Notes: generated from the sequence alone by a model not told the origin. Counted from the stretch's first letter, positions 38,648-48,052 are shown. The stretch: DNA of 64,000 nucleotides from an uncultured virus (IMG/VR IMGVR_UViG_3300030085_003924) (IMGVR_UViG_3300030085_003924:1-64000), one strand, 5' to 3'. Numbers and translations: made by a program.

Positions 38648-39729
38648 ATTATGAAACTCTCGGTAAGATCATCGATGTGGATGAGAAAGACTTAGAGTTT
38701 GAAAGGGTTACAAATTCAATAGATGTGGTAGATATTGAGTATGGTGTAGAAGTCATATTTGATTACTATCGTAGGCATGGATTCCCTCACTACACAATTC
38801 GTGAAGATGAAAAACACGACCATTTGAAAAAACTGAGAAAGTTTGATGTCGATACGATATTCAAAGATAATCAGATAGTTCAAACTATGCATGGATTAAG
38901 ATTATGTTGGACTTACTTTCCACACTTTTGGGAAGTGGTGTGTGGTAGTGCTAAAAAATCACCTATGGATATATTTCACGATGATGATATGTTCAAATCT
39001 ACGATTCGTAAGTGTTGGAAATGGGAACAGAAACATTACAAGGGTGAGGATCCAGATGGAGAGAGAAATGTATTTCACGAAAATAGATTAAGACAATCCA
39101 TTAAAATATATAGTGGTACACAATCCGTGAGTAATTTCAGACCGACAGCAGCAAAACTAATCTACGAGAAGTTCGGTGGGGATGGAGTCATTAGAGATAT
39201 GAGTTGTGGTTGGGGTGGTAGATTACTTGGATTTTTATCTGCATCAAACACTAAGCATTACATAGGAACTGAACCATCTACAAAGACTTATGAAGGTTTA
39301 TTGCAAATGAGCAAAGAATTTGACTATATTAATAAGAAAGTTGATATATATAAACAAGGGAGTGAAGATTTCGTTCCTAAAAAACAATCAATCGATTTAT
39401 GTTTTACTTCACCACCTTATTTCGATACAGAGAAATACTCAGATGAGGAAACTCAAAGTTATATTAAATTCCCATCCAATGATGAATGGGTAAATGGATT
39501 TTTAAAAAAGACCATAGAGAATTGTCACTATGGTTTAAAGAAAAATGGTTATATGTTAATGAATATTGCAAACACACCAAAATATAAATTTATAGAAGAA
39601 GAAACCGTAAGGATTTCCAAAGAGTTGGGTTTTATCCAAGAGGATACCTTACAATTAACATTATCGAGTGTGATGGGGGCAGGTTATAAATACGAACCTG
39701 TTTTTGTCTTTAAGAAAAAGGAAATATGA
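38635..39729 (+). CDS. DNA amino-methyltransferase (SPPY type, paralog of 9933)
   Basis: SNFRPTAAK, DMSCGWGGRLLG, YIGTEP, FTSPPYFDTEKY. Confidence 0.85.
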   Translation: MARVNYETLGKIIDVDEKDLEFERVTNSIDVVDIEYGVEVIFDYYRRHGFPHYTIREDEKHDHLKKLRKFDVDTIFKDNQIVQTMHGLRLCWTYFPHFWEVVCGSAKKSPMDIFHDDDMFKSTIRKCWKWEQKHYKGEDPDGERNVFHENRLRQSIKIYSGTQSVSNFRPTAAKLIYEKFGGDGVIRDMSCGWGGRLLGFLSASNTKHYIGTEPSTKTYEGLLQMSKEFDYINKKVDIYKQGSEDFVPKKQSIDLCFTSPPYFDTEKYSDEETQSYIKFPSNDEWVNGFLKKTIENCHYGLKKNGYMLMNIANTPKYKFIEEETVRISKELGFIQEDTLQLTLSSVMGAGYKYEPVFVFKKKEI

Positions 39730-40325
39730 TGACGGATTCAGCAATCTTAAAAGTTAATTATGGAGACATGCCAGGTATGAATAAAAAAACACAATTATTA
39801 TTTAAAAATTTAGAATGGGGTATCAATATAAAATCTAATACTATGTATTTGACCTATGAAATAGAACAAGATACATTATACGCGGTAATGACGAGATTTG
39901 ATAATTTTATTCAACATAATGAAGGTCGAGATATAAATTTAATAATCTCATCATATGGTGGTGATGTTTATTCTATGTTAGGAATAATTGATTACTTCAA
40001 AACTTTACCTGTAAAAGTTAATACACATTGTTATGGTGCTTGTATGTCAGCAGCCGCTGTTATATTATCATGTGGAACTGGTGAGAGAATTATGACACAA
40101 AATTCTACGGTGATGGTTCACGAAGGTTCGGCATTTGAAGCAGGTAAAACGACAGATGTATTAAAAGGAGCCGACCACTTGAAAAAATTACAAAGTAATA
40201 TAAATAGAATACTTGGAGAGGTTACAGGTAAAGACCAAAAATTTTGGGAAGAAGTTTCTAAATCAGATACCTATTTGACGGCAGAAGAATGTTTAGAATA
40301 CGGAATAGTTGATAAAATCACTTGA
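39726..40325 (+). CDS. clpP: ClpP-like serine protease 2
   Basis: IISSYGGDV, CMSAAA (Ser), VMVHE (His), SDTYLTAEECLEYGIVD (Asp). Confidence 0.88.
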   Translation: MMTDSAILKVNYGDMPGMNKKTQLLFKNLEWGINIKSNTMYLTYEIEQDTLYAVMTRFDNFIQHNEGRDINLIISSYGGDVYSMLGIIDYFKTLPVKVNTHCYGACMSAAAVILSCGTGERIMTQNSTVMVHEGSAFEAGKTTDVLKGADHLKKLQSNINRILGEVTGKDQKFWEEVSKSDTYLTAEECLEYGIVDKIT

Positions 40326-40358
40326 CTTTTACATTAATTATTCGTAAATTCCAGTATA
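40321..40358 (+). promoter_or_regulatory. Sigma70-like promoter (class A)
   Basis: TTGACT-17 nt-TAAATT with TTCG before the -10, CCAGTATA after, then TAAGGAG SD. Confidence 0.72.
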
Positions 40359-40372
40359 GATAAGGAGATAAT

Positions 40373-40777
40373 ATGCCAGAGGCAATCAAAGAGTCAAAAA
40401 CTAAAAAAGAAGTAAATTCTTATTTAACAGATGACCACGGCGACATCGTAACATTAATGGAACAAGAGTGGCCAGAGATGACCAAAGAATTTAAAAGATT
40501 ACAAAGAGAACAATACGAATTGTTCTTACACAAACAACACGATTACGGTCCAGGTAATATAAGTGTTGGAACACAATTACAAACACCTGATGAGATACAT
40601 TTATCACTTACGGGTTTGTGGTTCAGAATGAACGATAAGATACAGAGGTTAAAAACTTTACTTATGGGTAACAGAGGAAACGCCGTAGAAGGTGAACCTA
40701 TGGAAGATGCTTATCTTGATGTTTCAAACTATGGTATTATGGCAACAATCGTTAAAAACGGAAAGTGGGGTAAATAA
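40373..40777 (+). CDS. Nucleotide modification associated domain 1 (DUF1599/Nmad1)
   Basis: KQHDYG, RMNDKIQRL, EDAYLDVSNYGIM. Confidence 0.82.
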   Translation: MPEAIKESKTKKEVNSYLTDDHGDIVTLMEQEWPEMTKEFKRLQREQYELFLHKQHDYGPGNISVGTQLQTPDEIHLSLTGLWFRMNDKIQRLKTLLMGNRGNAVEGEPMEDAYLDVSNYGIMATIVKNGKWGK

Positions 40778-40896
40778 TGTATAGATATGATTGTGAAGTA
40801 GGATTCTATGAATCAGAATCATATATAGGATTGATGTGGGAAATATTAAAACATCGAACCTGGCATTTGTTTACACACGGAAAGTGGATGGATTAG
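40777..40896 (+). CDS. 39-aa hypothetical protein (below ORF-track cutoff)
   Basis: MYRYDCEVGFYESESYIGLMWEILKHRTWHLFTHGKWMD; TAATG-coupled to the upstream gene and fills the gap. Confidence 0.65.
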   Translation: MYRYDCEVGFYESESYIGLMWEILKHRTWHLFTHGKWMD

Positions 40897-40905
40897 GAGA
40901 TTAAA

Positions 40906-41154
40906 ATGAGAACAGCAAAATATTTTACGGCCACTTGGTGTGGTCCTTGTAAAGCATTTAAACCAGTAATGAACGAAGTATTGAATGAAGGACATTCAGT
41001 TCAGATTCTTGATGTAGACGAGAATAAGGGATTAGCTCAACAATACAATGTTAGGTCAGTTCCGACTACGGTAATTGAAGAAAATGGAGTAGAAGTAGAT
41101 AGGTTTGTAGGTGCACTACCAAAACAATCTGTTATTCAAAAATTAAATGGCTAA
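40906..41154 (+). CDS. trxA: Thioredoxin
   Basis: FTATWCGPCK, VRSVPT. Confidence 0.93.
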   Translation: MRTAKYFTATWCGPCKAFKPVMNEVLNEGHSVQILDVDENKGLAQQYNVRSVPTTVIEENGVEVDRFVGALPKQSVIQKLNG

Positions 41155-41998
41155 GAAAAAATCAATATCATATAGTCAGTTTGCACTATGGGAACAATGT
41201 CCATATTCTTGGAAATTGACCTATGTGGATAAGGCAATACCATTCACAGATAATATCTATACAATGTTTGGTACGGCCATGCACGAGGTATTACAAGAAT
41301 ACCTAAAGGTCATGTATTCTGAGAGTATCGTTGAGGCAGACAAATTACTTCTTGAGGAAGAACTCGAAGATAGAATGAAAAAAATCTTTATGGAAATCAA
41401 ACTCAAGAATGGTGGAGAAGAATTCTGTACTAAAAGTGAGATGTTAGAATTTTATAATGATGGACTAAAGATAATCGATTATTTTAAGAAGAAACGAAAT
41501 CAATATTTTAGTAAAAGAGGATATGAATTAGCAGGTATAGAAACACCACTCAGTTATGATTTACCAAACAACTTAAAGTTTCGTGGGTTTATTGATTTGA
41601 TTATCAAGGATACGGTTAGGAATAGAATTAAGATTATTGATATAAAAACATCAACTTGGGGTTGGAATAAATACCAAAAGGCCGACAAGAATAAAACAGA
41701 CCAACTACTTTTATATAAACAATTTTACTCTAAACAATTTGATATTCCTATGGATAGAATTGATATTGAGTATTTCATAGTAAAAAGAAAGTTATACGAA
41801 AATACAGATTTTCCACAAAAGAGAATTCAAACTTTCATACCAGCAAATGGAACACCATCCATCAATAAAGTCAACAGAAGGTTACAGGCGTTTATGGATG
41901 AGTGTTATGATAAGGATGGGAATATCATCCCACATGATTACGAAAAGTGTTCACCTCAAAAGAAATGTAAATCGTTTACTAAATGTAAAGATTTATAA
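41147..41998 (+). CDS. PD-(D/E)XK nuclease (RecB/Cas4-like)
   Basis: SYSQ...CP, FGTAMHEVLQ, GFIDLI, IIDIKT, QLLLYK, C-terminal Cys cluster. Confidence 0.88.
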   Translation: MAKKKSISYSQFALWEQCPYSWKLTYVDKAIPFTDNIYTMFGTAMHEVLQEYLKVMYSESIVEADKLLLEEELEDRMKKIFMEIKLKNGGEEFCTKSEMLEFYNDGLKIIDYFKKKRNQYFSKRGYELAGIETPLSYDLPNNLKFRGFIDLIIKDTVRNRIKIIDIKTSTWGWNKYQKADKNKTDQLLLYKQFYSKQFDIPMDRIDIEYFIVKRKLYENTDFPQKRIQTFIPANGTPSINKVNRRLQAFMDECYDKDGNIIPHDYEKCSPQKKCKSFTKCKDL

Positions 41999-42025
41999 TA
42001 CTTATTATTAAGATGGAGAATTAAT

Positions 42026-42481
42026 ATGGCAAAGGCGACAGGAAGAATATATGCACTAAGACTCAAATTATCTGATTTCATCAATACAGAATATGAGTCA
42101 TTGGTAATTAATAAAATAAAAGAGGCAACAAAGTCTCATACTTTTAAGCTTCAGTTATGGTACGATGAGGGGGAAGTATCATCTAAGGAGTTAAAATCCT
42201 TTATGGAAAAGTATGAAAGTTTGCTTCACTATAAGACAACAATAAGACCGAACAGAGATATTGACCGCTCTCAATTTACTTGGTATGATATTATTCACAA
42301 AGATGATATAGAAGAAGGATATCCATATAGATTTAGGTTTGTTGGAGACGAAGATAGATTGACCTGTATTTTTAAAGGATTAAAGAATTTTGAAGATTGT
42401 TTAGAATTTATAACATCCGAAAAACCATCAAAACAAGAAAAACCAAAAAGAAAACAAAAGAGAAACGACTACGAGGATTAG
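42026..42481 (+). CDS. Hypothetical protein
   Basis: ORF with GGAG SD; ATACTTAT motif upstream at 41998. Confidence 0.6.
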   Translation: MAKATGRIYALRLKLSDFINTEYESLVINKIKEATKSHTFKLQLWYDEGEVSSKELKSFMEKYESLLHYKTTIRPNRDIDRSQFTWYDIIHKDDIEEGYPYRFRFVGDEDRLTCIFKGLKNFEDCLEFITSEKPSKQEKPKRKQKRNDYED

Positions 42482-42482
42482 A

Positions 42483-42887
42483 ATGAAACGAATTGGTATA
42501 GTAGGAGCGAGAACCTATACTAATAAAAGAAAGATAAAAGAATTTGTATTTAAATTAAAACAACAATTTAATGATAAGGTTGAGATAGTAAGTGGTGGAC
42601 AACCAAAGGGTGCCGATGGTTACGCCAAAAAATTTGCATTAGAGTTCGATATGAAATATGTAGAATTTCCACCAAGACATTATCAGTATAATCAACATTG
42701 TATTTTAGAACAAAATCACTATGGAAAACCATACCACATTACCAATTTTTTTGATAGAAATAAACAGATAGCAGAATATAGTGATTATATAGTTGCATTT
42801 ATTCCAAACAATTATAATTCAAGAGGGACATTAGACACCATTGAACATGCACAAAAGTTGAAAAAAAAGGTAGTGATTTTAGATTGA
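42483..42887 (+). CDS. SLOG-family (DUF2493/YspA/DprA-like) Rossmann protein
   Basis: IGIVGAR, IVSGG.PKGAD, RNKQIAEYSDYIVAF, SRGT. Confidence 0.82.
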   Translation: MKRIGIVGARTYTNKRKIKEFVFKLKQQFNDKVEIVSGGQPKGADGYAKKFALEFDMKYVEFPPRHYQYNQHCILEQNHYGKPYHITNFFDRNKQIAEYSDYIVAFIPNNYNSRGTLDTIEHAQKLKKKVVILD

Positions 42888-42891
42888 TATG

Positions 42892-42912
42892 ATATTTATA
42901 TATACATATATA
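42892..42912 (+). promoter_or_regulatory. ATATTTAT element plus operator-like 15-mer
   Basis: ATATATACATATATA (42898-42912) is the exact reverse complement of 6665-6679. Confidence 0.5.
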
Positions 42913-42923
42913 CGGAGATTAAA

Positions 42924-43121
42924 ATGAAAAGTGAAACAAAACTCACTTCGGTTAAAATTATAACCGATTTGTATAAAAAATTTAAAGGTGTGGCTTTAAA
43001 TGAAGAATTTACATTGCAAAAATTAGTGAATAGGTCAATGGACAGGTATTTAAAAGACGAAGAATACAAAAAATCCATTGTGGAATACGATTATCTACAA
43101 ATAAGTGGTAGTAATTTTTAA
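42924..43121 (+). CDS. Ribbon-helix-helix-like DNA-binding protein
   Basis: LTSVKI strand, DLYKKFK helix, TLQKLVNRSMDRYL helix; 65 aa. Confidence 0.68.
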   Translation: MKSETKLTSVKIITDLYKKFKGVALNEEFTLQKLVNRSMDRYLKDEEYKKSIVEYDYLQISGSNF

Positions 43122-43139
43122 GTTATAAGGAAAGGTTAT

Positions 43140-44537
43140 ATGTCTAAAAAGAAGATTTTGTTACTCTCAGATGATTTAAGAATGTCAAGTGGGGTTGGTA
43201 CAGTTTCTAAAAACTTTGTATTAGGAACAATAGATAAATATGATTGGGTTCAAGCAGGTGGTGCAATTAAACATCCTGAAGAAGGCAAGGTGGTGGATAT
43301 GAATGATTCAGTTCGTAAAGAAACTGGTGTAGAAGATGCATATCTTAAAATTTATCCAATAAGTGGTTATGGAAATCAAGAGTTATTAAGGAGTTTGATA
43401 AATATAGAAAAACCTGATGCAGTGCTTCATTACACGGACCCAAGATTTTGGACTTGGTTGTATCAAATGGAACATGAAATAAGACAGAACATTCCTATAT
43501 TTTATTATAATATTTGGGATGATTTACCATATCCAAGATACAATGAGTTCTTTTATGAATCTTCTGATTTAATTATGAACATATCAAAACAGACGGTAAA
43601 TATTGTTAATCAAGTGGCACAAAAGAAACCAAGAACAGATTGGGATTGTACATACATTCCACATGGAATTGATGATGAAAAATTCTATCCAATTAGTGAA
43701 CTTCAAGTGGATGAGCATAAAGAAATGATGGAATTTAGAAATACTGTTTTATCAAGGGGTGATAAAGAGTTTATAGTATTTTGGAACAACAGAAATATTC
43801 GTAGGAAAGTTCCAAGTGATGTTGTTATGGCTTACAAAACATTTTGTGATATGTTACCTAAAGAGAAGGCAAAAAAATGTGTATTAATTATGCACACTGC
43901 ACCAATAGATAATAATGGAACAGATTTGACTCAGGTAGTAAAGGAAATGTGTCCTGAGTATGATGTTATATTTTCAAATCAGAAGTTAGAAGAAAAACAA
44001 CTTAATTTTCTCTATAATATAGCAGATATTCAGATTAATATGGCATCTAATGAAGGATTTGGATTAGGAACAGCAGAAGCAATAATGACAGGAACACCTA
44101 TTATTGTTAATGTCACAGGTGGATTACAAGACCAATGTGGATTTAAATTAAAAGGTAAGCATGTTACACACGAAGATTATACGGAAATCGTATCATTCCA
44201 CGATGATAAAAAATGGAAAGATAATCCTGATTTGACTCATGGTGAGTGGGTAAAACCAGTATGGCCGTCTAATCGTAGTTTACAAGGTTCAATACCAACA
44301 CCATATATTTTCGATGACAGATGTAGATTCGATGATGTTGCAGATAAAATTAAAGAATGGTACGATACACCAAGAGAAGAAAGAATAGAGGCAGGACAGA
44401 AAGGTAGAGAGTGGATGTTGAAAGACGAAGTTGGAATGTCTTGTAAGAATATGTGTCAGAGGTTTATCCATGATATGGAACAGGCATGGGAAAAGTGGAC
44501 ACCAAGAAAACGATTTACTTTACATAAAGTAGTATAA
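43140..44537 (+). CDS. GT-B glycosyltransferase (GT4-like)
   Basis: IPHGID, NRNIRRK, SNEGFGLGTAEAIMTGTPII. Confidence 0.88.
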   Translation: MSKKKILLLSDDLRMSSGVGTVSKNFVLGTIDKYDWVQAGGAIKHPEEGKVVDMNDSVRKETGVEDAYLKIYPISGYGNQELLRSLINIEKPDAVLHYTDPRFWTWLYQMEHEIRQNIPIFYYNIWDDLPYPRYNEFFYESSDLIMNISKQTVNIVNQVAQKKPRTDWDCTYIPHGIDDEKFYPISELQVDEHKEMMEFRNTVLSRGDKEFIVFWNNRNIRRKVPSDVVMAYKTFCDMLPKEKAKKCVLIMHTAPIDNNGTDLTQVVKEMCPEYDVIFSNQKLEEKQLNFLYNIADIQINMASNEGFGLGTAEAIMTGTPIIVNVTGGLQDQCGFKLKGKHVTHEDYTEIVSFHDDKKWKDNPDLTHGEWVKPVWPSNRSLQGSIPTPYIFDDRCRFDDVADKIKEWYDTPREERIEAGQKGREWMLKDEVGMSCKNMCQRFIHDMEQAWEKWTPRKRFTLHKVV

Positions 44538-44548
44538 GGAGAAATTAA

Positions 44549-44692
44549 ATGAACGGCGTAGATAAGCTTATTAAAGTCATAGATGATGTAACAAGATTCA
44601 TCGTAGGTGATAAAAGAAGCGGTGACGATAGACGAGTTAAAAAGTCTAAAAGAAAAAATACTCGTAGAAAAACATCACGAAGAAAAGGATAA
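44549..44692 (+). CDS. 47-aa highly basic small protein (below ORF-track cutoff)
   Basis: MNGVDKLIKVIDDVTRFIVGDKRSGDDRRVKKSKRKNTRRKTSRRKG behind TAAGGAG SD. Confidence 0.7.
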   Translation: MNGVDKLIKVIDDVTRFIVGDKRSGDDRRVKKSKRKNTRRKTSRRKG

Positions 44693-44695
44693 AAA

Positions 44696-46048
44696 ATGAG
44701 TTATAGACCATTGGTTTTAGTTACAGCACCAGTAGGAACAAGAAGTGGATATGGTTCTCATAGTAGAGATATATGTAGGTCACTAATCGATATGGATAAA
44801 TTTGATGTTAAAATTTGGCCTGTCCGTTGGGGTGCAACTGCACAAAACGCTCTTGAAGAAAATAATCCAAAGGACACTCCTATTATAGAAAGATTATTGG
44901 GACAACCTAATATGGAAAGACAACCAGATATTCATATTCATATTGTTGTTCCAAATGAATTTCAACCATTAGGAAAGTACAATATTGGTATTACTGCTGG
45001 ATTGGAAACAACTATTACACCACCAATTTGGGTAGAGGGAATGAATAGAATGAATCTCAATATAGTTCCTGCTAAATTTATCAAGAAGTATATTGAACCT
45101 GTTGTATTTGATAAACATGATGAACAGACTAAACAAGTTATTGGACAACTCAGACTTGAAAGACCAGTAGAGGTTTTATTTGAGGGAGCCGATACGGACA
45201 TATACAAACAGACAAAAGAATTCTCTAAACCACTACACGAAGAATTATTAAACATAAAAGAAGATTTTTCGTTTTTATTTGTAGGACATTGGTTACAAGG
45301 TGAGTTGGGACATGATAGAAAAGATTTAGGGATGTTGATAAAAACATTTTGTGAAACTTTTAAAAACAAAAAAGACCAACCAGCCTTGGTATTAAAAACA
45401 AGTGGTGCGACTCCAAGTATACTTGACAGAGAAGATATACTTGGTAAAATAGATAGGATTACAAAAACCGTACAAGGTAACCTACCAAGTGTGTATTTGT
45501 TACACGGAGACTTTTCGGATGACGAGATGAATGGATTGTATAATCATCCAAAAATAAAGGCTCATGTTTCATTTACTCATGGAGAGGGATTTGGTCGTCC
45601 ACTACTTGAAGCATCATTAAGTGGAAAACCAGTCATAGCTCCAAATTGGAGTGGTCAAACAGACTTTTTAACTAAGGATGGTGCTATACTTTTACCTGGT
45701 GGGATGAATGATGTAAAACCAGACTCTTTGATGAAAGGATTGCATGTAAAAGATACTAAGTGGTTTACCGTAAATTATAATTACGCATCAAAAGTATTAA
45801 AGGATGTATTTGAAAACTACGATAAACATATGGTCAAGGGTAAAAAATTATCAATAATGAACCAAACTAAATTCTCACTTGACGCTATGACGAAGAAGTT
45901 TGAAGAAATACTTGATAAACATTTACCTAATTTTGAAGCACCAGCAAAGAAAGTGGATTTAAAACTACCAAAACTTAAAAAGGTAGGTTCAGATACACCA
46001 CCACCACAAAAAATGAAATTACCAAAACTAAAAAAGGTGAGTGTATAA
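44696..46048 (+). CDS. GT-B glycosyltransferase (GT4-like)
   Basis: TRSGYG, DRKDLG, GEGFGRPLLEASLSGKPVIA; duplicated KLPKLKKV tail. Confidence 0.88.
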   Translation: MSYRPLVLVTAPVGTRSGYGSHSRDICRSLIDMDKFDVKIWPVRWGATAQNALEENNPKDTPIIERLLGQPNMERQPDIHIHIVVPNEFQPLGKYNIGITAGLETTITPPIWVEGMNRMNLNIVPAKFIKKYIEPVVFDKHDEQTKQVIGQLRLERPVEVLFEGADTDIYKQTKEFSKPLHEELLNIKEDFSFLFVGHWLQGELGHDRKDLGMLIKTFCETFKNKKDQPALVLKTSGATPSILDREDILGKIDRITKTVQGNLPSVYLLHGDFSDDEMNGLYNHPKIKAHVSFTHGEGFGRPLLEASLSGKPVIAPNWSGQTDFLTKDGAILLPGGMNDVKPDSLMKGLHVKDTKWFTVNYNYASKVLKDVFENYDKHMVKGKKLSIMNQTKFSLDAMTKKFEEILDKHLPNFEAPAKKVDLKLPKLKKVGSDTPPPQKMKLPKLKKVSV

Positions 46049-46506
46049 TGGAAAGAGTAATAGATTGTCCAGTATGTTATGACCAAGATGCATGTTTTGA
46101 GGACATACAAGAAACATTTAAATCATATATGTGTTTTAATTGTGGATTTATGAGTAATAGTATTTATACTGAAGATAACTTAAATCAGATTGAAAATTCA
46201 TCAAGACTTGTTAATGATTTAAAATACTTTGATGAGGAAAGAAAAATATATTGGTATCCATCGGTGGTCAATATGGGACAAAAGGGAATAATATTTCCTG
46301 AAGGGAAACCTGATTCTTGGTGTTGGAAATACGCACAAGTCGTTCAGATAGAGCAAGAAGAACAATTAGACTATCCGATTCCTGGTGAAGATGGTAAGTA
46401 TTACACAGAAAAACTTGATGTAGAGAACGCAAAATCTTATGGTCAGTATGAATTTCTAAAGGCTTGTAAGGATATGGGAATAACTGTGGATCAACCTAAT
46501 GCCTAA
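46048..46506 (+). CDS. Zinc-ribbon hypothetical protein
   Basis: CPVC ... CFNCG. Confidence 0.65.
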   Translation: MERVIDCPVCYDQDACFEDIQETFKSYMCFNCGFMSNSIYTEDNLNQIENSSRLVNDLKYFDEERKIYWYPSVVNMGQKGIIFPEGKPDSWCWKYAQVVQIEQEEQLDYPIPGEDGKYYTEKLDVENAKSYGQYEFLKACKDMGITVDQPNA

Positions 46507-46996
46507 GATTGGAACAAATTGGAATACACTTGAACCTGGTGATATAGTTTCATTCAGATATCAATCGGTAGTTGATAAAACTAAACAACCAAGAACAACT
46601 ACTATTTTGGTATTGAACAATAAGTACCAAAAAAAATTAAAAAGTGGTAAGACGGAATTTTACATAAATGGGTTAAAGTTAGAGAAATCTAATATTTCTA
46701 TCTTTACGAATAAAGACGAGGCTTGGAATCTTTTAAGTGAAATAGGATGGGTATCTATTGTGTCTTTAAAGGATGAAATTTATAAAGTAAAAATTAAAAG
46801 TAGATATATTGGAACATATGGTGCAACTGATGTGTTGTATAAAAAAGTAGTGAATACACCAGCAGGAAAAAAGGCAGAGTTTAGGAGTTATAATTGGGAA
46901 CAGGCAAGAAAAAATTCTGTTTATTATGAACCAATAAAACTTCCAAAGGATAAAATTTTGTTAATGGAGAGTCAAAGAGCTGAAAATGAAAATTAG
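46499..46996 (+). CDS. Hypothetical protein
   Basis: Coupled ORF; PGDIVSFRY...FRSY pattern loosely resembles T4 gp2/WYL-like folds. Confidence 0.5.
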   Translation: MPKIGTNWNTLEPGDIVSFRYQSVVDKTKQPRTTTILVLNNKYQKKLKSGKTEFYINGLKLEKSNISIFTNKDEAWNLLSEIGWVSIVSLKDEIYKVKIKSRYIGTYGATDVLYKKVVNTPAGKKAEFRSYNWEQARKNSVYYEPIKLPKDKILLMESQRAENEN

Positions 46997-47648
46997 TTAT
47001 GGTATTACGGTCTACAATGAACACGAAGAACTAAATAAGTTATTAGAGATATTAGTACACAAAACCGATTCTGAAGATGAAATTGTTATTTGTGTTGATG
47101 GTAATGATGAAAAAGTACAAGAAGTCATTACGAGTTGGGTTCAACAATATGGTCATGATGATATGAAAACCATCAAAGTGTATCATAGAAAACTCGATGG
47201 TAACTTTGCAGAACATAAGAATTCAGTTATAGAAAAATCAACAGGTGATTATATATTTCACATAGACGCCGATGAGTATCCACATGAGGTTTTACTTCAA
47301 CAACTCAAACAAATATTAGAAATGAATGATGTGGATTTGGTTTGGATACCAAGAGTAAATACAGTAGAGGGTTTTACACAAAATGATGTTGCAAGATATG
47401 GGTGGAGAATGACAGAAAAAGGTTGGGTAAATTATCCTGATTATCAGGCAAGAGTTTTTAGAAACCACAAAGATATAAGATGGACAAGACCACTTCATGA
47501 ACACATTGTTGGTTGTAAAACATATTCACATCTACCACCACATGAAGAACTATCTTTGTATCATCCAAAGACAAGAAAAAAACAAATACAACAGAATAAA
47601 TTTTATCAAGAGAATTTTAGTAAAGAATTGAATGTGAGGAGAGGATGA
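46986..47648 (+). CDS. Glycosyltransferase family 2
   Basis: ISYGITVYNE, GDYIFHIDADE, PDYQARVFRN, LHEHI. Confidence 0.88.
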   Translation: MKISYGITVYNEHEELNKLLEILVHKTDSEDEIVICVDGNDEKVQEVITSWVQQYGHDDMKTIKVYHRKLDGNFAEHKNSVIEKSTGDYIFHIDADEYPHEVLLQQLKQILEMNDVDLVWIPRVNTVEGFTQNDVARYGWRMTEKGWVNYPDYQARVFRNHKDIRWTRPLHEHIVGCKTYSHLPPHEELSLYHPKTRKKQIQQNKFYQENFSKELNVRRG

Positions 47649-48052
47649 GAAAATATTTACCAACGATAGCAGAACTGATAGATAGACTTTCTATTATACA
47701 ATTAAAAGAGGTGTTTATATCAGAACATAAAGAAGAATACGCCCAAGAGATTAAAGACATAGTTCATGATTTAAATAAATTGGGTTTAGAAAAAGAATAT
47801 GATTATTCTAACTTGGGAGAACTCATTAGGGCAGTAGTAGTGTTATCTCAAATGAATTTACATATATGGCACAATGAAACCAAATATCGAGCTGGAGAAG
47901 GTGATGGTAATCTTGGATTAACTCACGGATTAAACGGAATAAGAAATACAGCAAAAAATATAATACAAGATAAAGTAGATAATGAAGGTAGAAAAGATTA
48001 CAAAGTAGATTGTATAGCCGCTGAATTTAAAGATTGGGAAGTGAGTTGGTGA
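47645..48052 (+). CDS. Helical hypothetical protein (DUF6165-like)
   Basis: AELIDRLSIIQLKE, NLHIWHNE, LNGIRN. Confidence 0.5.
   Translation: MRKYLPTIAELIDRLSIIQLKEVFISEHKEEYAQEIKDIVHDLNKLGLEKEYDYSNLGELIRAVVVLSQMNLHIWHNETKYRAGEGDGNLGLTHGLNGIRNTAKNIIQDKVDNEGRKDYKVDCIAAEFKDWEVSW

Noticed and set aside
41147..41998. Cas4-like nuclease as evidence of a CRISPR-Cas system
   Set aside because: No repeat-spacer array or other cas genes seen; solo PD-(D/E)XK nucleases are common in phages
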